Part shown: positions 15,882-20,000 of the stretch, piece after piece | Layout: each line of letters starts with the position of its first letter | How positions within the stretch are numbered: position 1 is the first letter of the stretch | Source of the DNA: an uncultured virus (IMG/VR IMGVR_UViG_3300009093_000007) | Lineage: Duplodnaviria; Heunggongvirae; Uroviricota; Caudoviricetes | Virus record (IMG/VR): IMGVR_UViG_3300009093_000007 | Strand: one strand, 5' to 3' | Length of the DNA stretch: 20,000 bases | The notes under the pieces: model-generated | What the model saw: the letters and a program-made list of their open reading frames with translations, nothing else | Database searches by the model: none | What the model was told of the DNA's origin: nothing | Translations under genes and position numbers: made by a program

Positions 15882-16493
15882 ATGGCAAACGTAGAGGAAC
15901 TAGTAACCCGGGCTGGCAAGACCGGCCTATACACCGAAGATGAATTGACGGCGTTCCGTGCGGCACTCGGCCCGGGCGCCAAGCCCGAAGAGAAAGAAAA
16001 GGCGCTTGACGGGTTGATTGCGAAACTGGAAACGGCAGCAGATAAGGCACGGACGGCGGCACAGCCGGCCACGACGGCCAATCCCGCGACGGCTAATCCA
16101 GCCACTAACCCAACGGCAGCGACTCCCGCCCCGGTCATCCAAACGGTCGACGAATGGCTCGCTACCGCCCCCCCGCTCGTACAGGGTGTGGTGCGCAAGG
16201 CGATGACTGCGGAAGCGGCTGCACACGACGCTATTCTAGCGACCGTCCGCACTGCCGCTATTGCCGCTGGGTATACAGACGTGGAGTTGACGGCGATGTC
16301 AACCGATGATCTACAACGTCTCGCCAAGCTCTCTAACGTTACCACACCGAAGATGGATTATTCAGGGCTCGGTCTCGTCACACATGGAACGGTCCCGGTG
16401 GAAGGTAGAGCGGCGGTTACGCGACCGGCGGATGCTTGGGAGGACGAAATCGGCGGCGGGAAGAATAAGGGGAAGTCGGCAGGGACGAATTAA
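15882..16493 (+). CDS. capsid scaffolding-like protein
   Basis: SD AGGAGG, Ala/Thr/Pro-rich helical sequence, a C-terminal DYSGLG motif, and position upstream of the decoration and capsid genes. Confidence 0.7.
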   Translation: MANVEELVTRAGKTGLYTEDELTAFRAALGPGAKPEEKEKALDGLIAKLETAADKARTAAQPATTANPATANPATNPTAATPAPVIQTVDEWLATAPPLVQGVVRKAMTAEAAAHDAILATVRTAAIAAGYTDVELTAMSTDDLQRLAKLSNVTTPKMDYSGLGLVTHGTVPVEGRAAVTRPADAWEDEIGGGKNKGKSAGTN

Positions 16494-16571
16494 GGCGCAA
16501 GTGGGATAAAGATAAGTCAATCTGACCTTCTAACTTTTACACAGACAAATCCACACGGAGGCCACTTTCAC

Positions 16572-17033
16572 ATGCCCAACAACCCAAACAAGATCCTCCT
16601 GTCCACGCGGCGCGAGGAACTTATCGTCAACCGTTACCCGGCCGGCGAGGACGGGCTCATCAAGCCAGGCCACCTGATCGAGCAGTTCAACCATAACACG
16701 CTAGGTATGGCATGGCAGAGGAATTCGTCGGCTACCAATATACCGCAGATGATGGTGGCGTTGCCGATGGATATCGTAGGCCAGGGTATCGACACGCCAT
16801 ATGTGCTGGGCGATAATCTAGTCGCGCATCCGCTGCACTCGGGAATGGTGTTCTATGGGATCTTGCCGTCCGGCCAGAATATCACCCGCGGCGATAAGCT
16901 CCAGTCGAACGGTGACGGCAATTTGAAGGTAGCGACGTCTAACGCCGCGTCTGCCGGAGTCGCCAAGTTCATTGCACAGGAGACTATCGGGCCGATCAAC
17001 GTGGCTACGCGCGTACGGGCAATGGTGCTGTAG
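16572..17033 (+). CDS. head decoration / capsid cement protein
   Basis: IKPGHLIE...GQNITRGDKLQSNGDGNLK beta-rich pattern, located just before the major capsid gene. Confidence 0.75.
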   Translation: MPNNPNKILLSTRREELIVNRYPAGEDGLIKPGHLIEQFNHNTLGMAWQRNSSATNIPQMMVALPMDIVGQGIDTPYVLGDNLVAHPLHSGMVFYGILPSGQNITRGDKLQSNGDGNLKVATSNAASAGVAKFIAQETIGPINVATRVRAMVL

Positions 17034-17133
17034 GCCGCCGAGCGACGAAATATTATACTATACTATATCAAACTACACTACAGATAGAAAGGGTTTTACC
17101 GTCATAGCTATCTGCTCTTAGGAGATTTCACAT

Positions 17134-18258
17134 ATGCCACTCGCCGCCGGAGTCACGGGTCCTAACCCGTCATTTACTGCAAACCCGAACGGTACAATCT
17201 TAGAGGGTGTGCCGTCTGAATACTGGCATAACCCTATCGGGTATATTCGTTCATGCACGCCGCCTATGCCACAGTCGCGCAACCCAGAGTACGAAATCCG
17301 CAACGGCGCACCTATCCCTCTTCACGCAGAGGAACTGATCGATCGCGCTATCAAGTCAGTGGGGCTGAAGCGCTTGAAGATCCTAGCCGATCTATTGAAT
17401 GCCGGGCTGAAATTCGTAGTCCCAGATTGGCTCGGCGTCATGGCCGTGCGGTGGCAGCGTGAAGGTGTCGTTGGTAATCCGCAGTTCTCCATGCTGCCTA
17501 ACACACAAATGGAGGATTTCGGCCTGGACCTCGATTTAGTATCACTGCCGATGTATTGCCTGTCGAACGGATTCAATATCCACCCGCGGCTGTTTGAAGA
17601 GTGGCAGCGGTATGGTACGCCGTTGGATCTTCGCAGCGCCAAGCAAGCGGTACGCCGGCAGAATGAATTCCTGGAGCTTTCTATTATCTGGGGCGCGCCG
17701 ATTCAGTCGATGGGCCTGCCGGTGCCGGGCATCCTCACTGCGCCGCATGCCAACTTCGTACCGCTCACTGGTGCGCTTTCGTGGTACGATGCTAATAAAA
17801 CCGGCCAACAGATCATTGGCGATATCAGCACCATGATCGACGCGGAGAACGCCAATAACCACTACGGACCGTTTTGGCTGTATGTTGGTACTAAGGCAGG
17901 TAATCACCTCCAGAGTCTGGACTACAAGACTGCGGCATCCGCGTCGTCAATGTCTACGTGGGAGCGGATCGCGGAGATGCCGTCGATCGGTCGAATCGAG
18001 ATCGCCGACTATCTCCCGGCCGACAATCCGGTCATGATCGACCCGGACGATAGCGTTATCGATGTGCTCTACGGGCAGGCGCCTACACAGTTGAGCTGGA
18101 TGACCGGGCCGAATGGGTTACAGACACGGCACTTCATGGTGTTAAGCTCGATCGTGCCGCGGATCATCGAGAGCCAGACGAACCAGTCGGGGATTGTTGT
18201 TGGAAAGTTGAACCAAGGCGATGTGCTTACCTCGCCGTGGCAGTCGTTACTGGTGTAA
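17134..18258 (+). CDS. major capsid protein (HK97 fold, encapsulin/Linocin_M18-related type)
   Basis: 374 aa with PLDL...A.R...E.LE...IWG, GILTAP, NHYGPFWLYV and C-terminal VPRI...SGIV motifs. SD AGGAG and synteny support the call. Confidence 0.9.
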   Translation: MPLAAGVTGPNPSFTANPNGTILEGVPSEYWHNPIGYIRSCTPPMPQSRNPEYEIRNGAPIPLHAEELIDRAIKSVGLKRLKILADLLNAGLKFVVPDWLGVMAVRWQREGVVGNPQFSMLPNTQMEDFGLDLDLVSLPMYCLSNGFNIHPRLFEEWQRYGTPLDLRSAKQAVRRQNEFLELSIIWGAPIQSMGLPVPGILTAPHANFVPLTGALSWYDANKTGQQIIGDISTMIDAENANNHYGPFWLYVGTKAGNHLQSLDYKTAASASSMSTWERIAEMPSIGRIEIADYLPADNPVMIDPDDSVIDVLYGQAPTQLSWMTGPNGLQTRHFMVLSSIVPRIIESQTNQSGIVVGKLNQGDVLTSPWQSLLV

Positions 18259-18312
18259 ACGGAGAGTAAAGTACCGTACATATATAAATAGACTATACGG
18301 AGGAAACCATAC

Positions 18313-18603
18313 ATGCAAGTCCGTGTGATGCATGGGCCAAAGGCGACAGACTATACGACATATCACAACTGCCGCGGTGTAGTCGTGAGCCGGCAAGGGG
18401 ATGAGATCATCGCTAGATGGAAGTCTGGCGATGATGAGGATAGGGGTGTGCCGTACATAGAAAAACGTATCCCGTATGACGGTCACGAGATATTTGTGAT
18501 GGGGGATAACGGAAAGACCATTACAGGGTACCGTATTAAGGGGCAGAATGGTGGGTATAGTGGCAGTACCGCCAACGGAGGCGACAACAATGGAAACGCT
18601 TAA
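18313..18603 (+). CDS. hypothetical protein (96 aa)
   Basis: SD GGAGG. Confidence 0.7.
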   Translation: MQVRVMHGPKATDYTTYHNCRGVVVSRQGDEIIARWKSGDDEDRGVPYIEKRIPYDGHEIFVMGDNGKTITGYRIKGQNGGYSGSTANGGDNNGNA

Positions 18604-19078
18604 CCAGCCGGAAGTTGTTAAGCCGAAATACCTATACCTTATAACCGCTGGCGTTGTCGTCATTCCGGGGTTTGTTGGGCCGGCGCCTGATTACATTTGG
18701 AACAAGGGGGAGGTATTAGGTGTAGGAAGTACGGTAGAGTTGACAGAGGAAGACGCACGTGGGATCGGCGTGCACAGGGTTAGGAGGGTGGATACGACCA
18801 CACATACGCCCGTGTCCGTGCCTGTGTCGCCTACAACTATGCCTACACCAGTGCCCGCACCGATCCCCACCGTAGCCACTACGGCGGTGGCTGTGGATAC
18901 GGATTGGACGTTCGTCTCCACGATGACAGTGCCGGATGTCGTGGCATTGATCGACAGCATAAACGACGTCGATTCTCTCTCTTCCATCTATGAAGCGGAG
19001 AAAGGCAGCCTAGGTCGTAAAGGTGTGCTTAACCGTGCGCTATCCCGTATCGCTACACTGAGAGGGGGTGAGAAGTAA
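18590..19078 (+). CDS. post-capsid protein with Pro/Thr linker and C-terminal helical (HeH/Rho-N-like) domain
   Basis: SD GGAGG before the ATG at 18590 and a C-terminal MTVPDVVALI...YEAEK...RKGVL motif. Confidence 0.7.
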   Translation: METLNQPEVVKPKYLYLITAGVVVIPGFVGPAPDYIWNKGEVLGVGSTVELTEEDARGIGVHRVRRVDTTTHTPVSVPVSPTTMPTPVPAPIPTVATTAVAVDTDWTFVSTMTVPDVVALIDSINDVDSLSSIYEAEKGSLGRKGVLNRALSRIATLRGGEK

Positions 19079-19084
19079 TTGTCT

Positions 19085-19678
19085 ATGCCTATTACTATCG
19101 ATGCGACTGTTAACGGTGCCAGTGCCAATTCTTACGTCACGGCGGACGAATTCATGTCCTACTGTGCCGCACGTGTACCCGTCGTGATATGGCTGGCGAC
19201 TGCCGCAGCCGACTTCATAGCGGCGTGTATGATCACAGGAACTAGACTATTCGACGCTTCGTTTGATTGGACAGGCGCCGCTGCCACGCCTACTCAGCGG
19301 CTAGCATGGGGTCGCAATGGAATGTCGACACGGAACGGGTATGGTATAGACGGCGCGACTATTCCCGGCGATCTCAAAGCTAGTGTATGTGAATTTATTA
19401 TCGCTGTTGGGGATTCGGCTGTGCAAGGCGCTAACCGTGCCGGAGATGATCAAGCGGCTAGGGCTAACGTTGCGGGGGTGAAGGCAGGACCGGTGGAAGT
19501 GCAATTCCAGGCAGTTAATACGTTTACGAGAGAATCTGCGGATGTGACGATTAGGCGAACGTGGCCGGAGTTGAACTATGCTAGTTTAACGGTGCCGGAT
19601 ATCGTAAGGTATTTGCTGCCGGAGTCGTGGTATAGACGGGCTAGTGTACTGCAAACGATACGGTTCGATGTGTTCTAA
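19085..19678 (+). CDS. head-tail adaptor (DnaT-like family)
   Basis: ANSYVT.DE, WTG...TQRLAWGR and IP.DLK..VCE motifs, positioned after the major capsid gene. Confidence 0.8.
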   Translation: MPITIDATVNGASANSYVTADEFMSYCAARVPVVIWLATAAADFIAACMITGTRLFDASFDWTGAAATPTQRLAWGRNGMSTRNGYGIDGATIPGDLKASVCEFIIAVGDSAVQGANRAGDDQAARANVAGVKAGPVEVQFQAVNTFTRESADVTIRRTWPELNYASLTVPDIVRYLLPESWYRRASVLQTIRFDVF

Positions 19679-19927
19679 GTAAGGAGCAGATTTTAAGTCT
19701 GTCGCATAGTTTCGCCACACACTGCGCTGAATACGTTGCTTTAAAAATGGTTTGTACGCTCAATGACCTCGACAGGCTCGGTTGGCATGCTATTTATCAG
19801 TACATCTAGACGTAGAAGTATTTGGAATAACAATAGCACTTGTGCGTCCTCAGGCGGTATGCCATGTATCTGTCTATCTAGATCGATTGGCGAAATAATA
19901 TCCACTATTGACTCCAATATGTATAAA

Positions 19928-20000
19928 TGGGTCCACCTGGATTCGAACCAGGGACCTGCCGGTTATGAGCCGGACGCTCTAACCGCTGAGCTATGGACCC
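19928..20000 (-). tRNA. tRNA with CAT anticodon (likely tRNA-Ile2, alternatively elongator Met), CCA not encoded
   Basis: The reverse complement GGGTCCA-TA-GCTC-AGCGGTTA-GAGC-G-TCCGG-CTCATAA-CCGGC-AGGTC-CCTGG-TTCGAAT-CCAGG-TGGACCC-A folds as a 73-nt cloverleaf. Confidence 0.93.

Noticed and set aside
17051..17083. TATAC/TACAC micro-repeats upstream of the major capsid gene
   Set aside because: Too short and degenerate to support a function. It may simply be an AT-rich spacer.
17134..18258. Cellular encapsulin nanocompartment system
   Set aside because: The context (portal, protease, decoration, adaptor, terminase) indicates a phage capsid protein.
1..20000. Stop-codon reassignment
   Set aside because: TAG, TGA and TAA all terminate well-supported full-length genes, and the long genes are intact in code 11.

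Overview
This window looks like a segment of a tailed dsDNA phage or prophage genome in the standard genetic code, with three blocks. (1) 1-6733, + strand: small early/accessory genes, including a KTSC-like protein, several Cys/Zn-finger proteins, a membrane-anchored OB-fold-like protein, an AlpA-type HTH protein, a secreted 10-Cys peptide and a HExxH zincin-like protein. Near-consensus sigma70 promoters drive them, and some appear leaderless. (2) 6868-11605, - strand: an AbrB/MazE-like regulator, a Zn-dependent deaminase, a SLOG (DUF2493/YspA-like) protein and, unusually, the large terminase, which is inverted and about 3.4 kb from the portal. (3) 11822-19678, + strand: the head module, comprising a DUF1073-type portal fused to a C-terminal P-loop kinase-like domain, a DUF2213-type protease with a nested scaffold, a small helical-hairpin gene, a scaffold, a decoration protein, an HK97-fold major capsid protein and a DnaT-like head-tail adaptor. 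An antisense tRNA(CAU), probably Ile2, ends the window. The most notable items are the portal-kinase fusion, a possible nucleotide-sponge gene inside the head operon, a helically phased ACATATC array at the divergent promoter, an ACTTA-N3-CTTATC repeat cluster beside the AlpA gene, a 10-bp tandem repeat that could phase-vary the SLOG gene, and a gene bracketed by a 22-bp RBS/start-codon direct repeat. All family assignments come from motif recognition by eye, not database searches.
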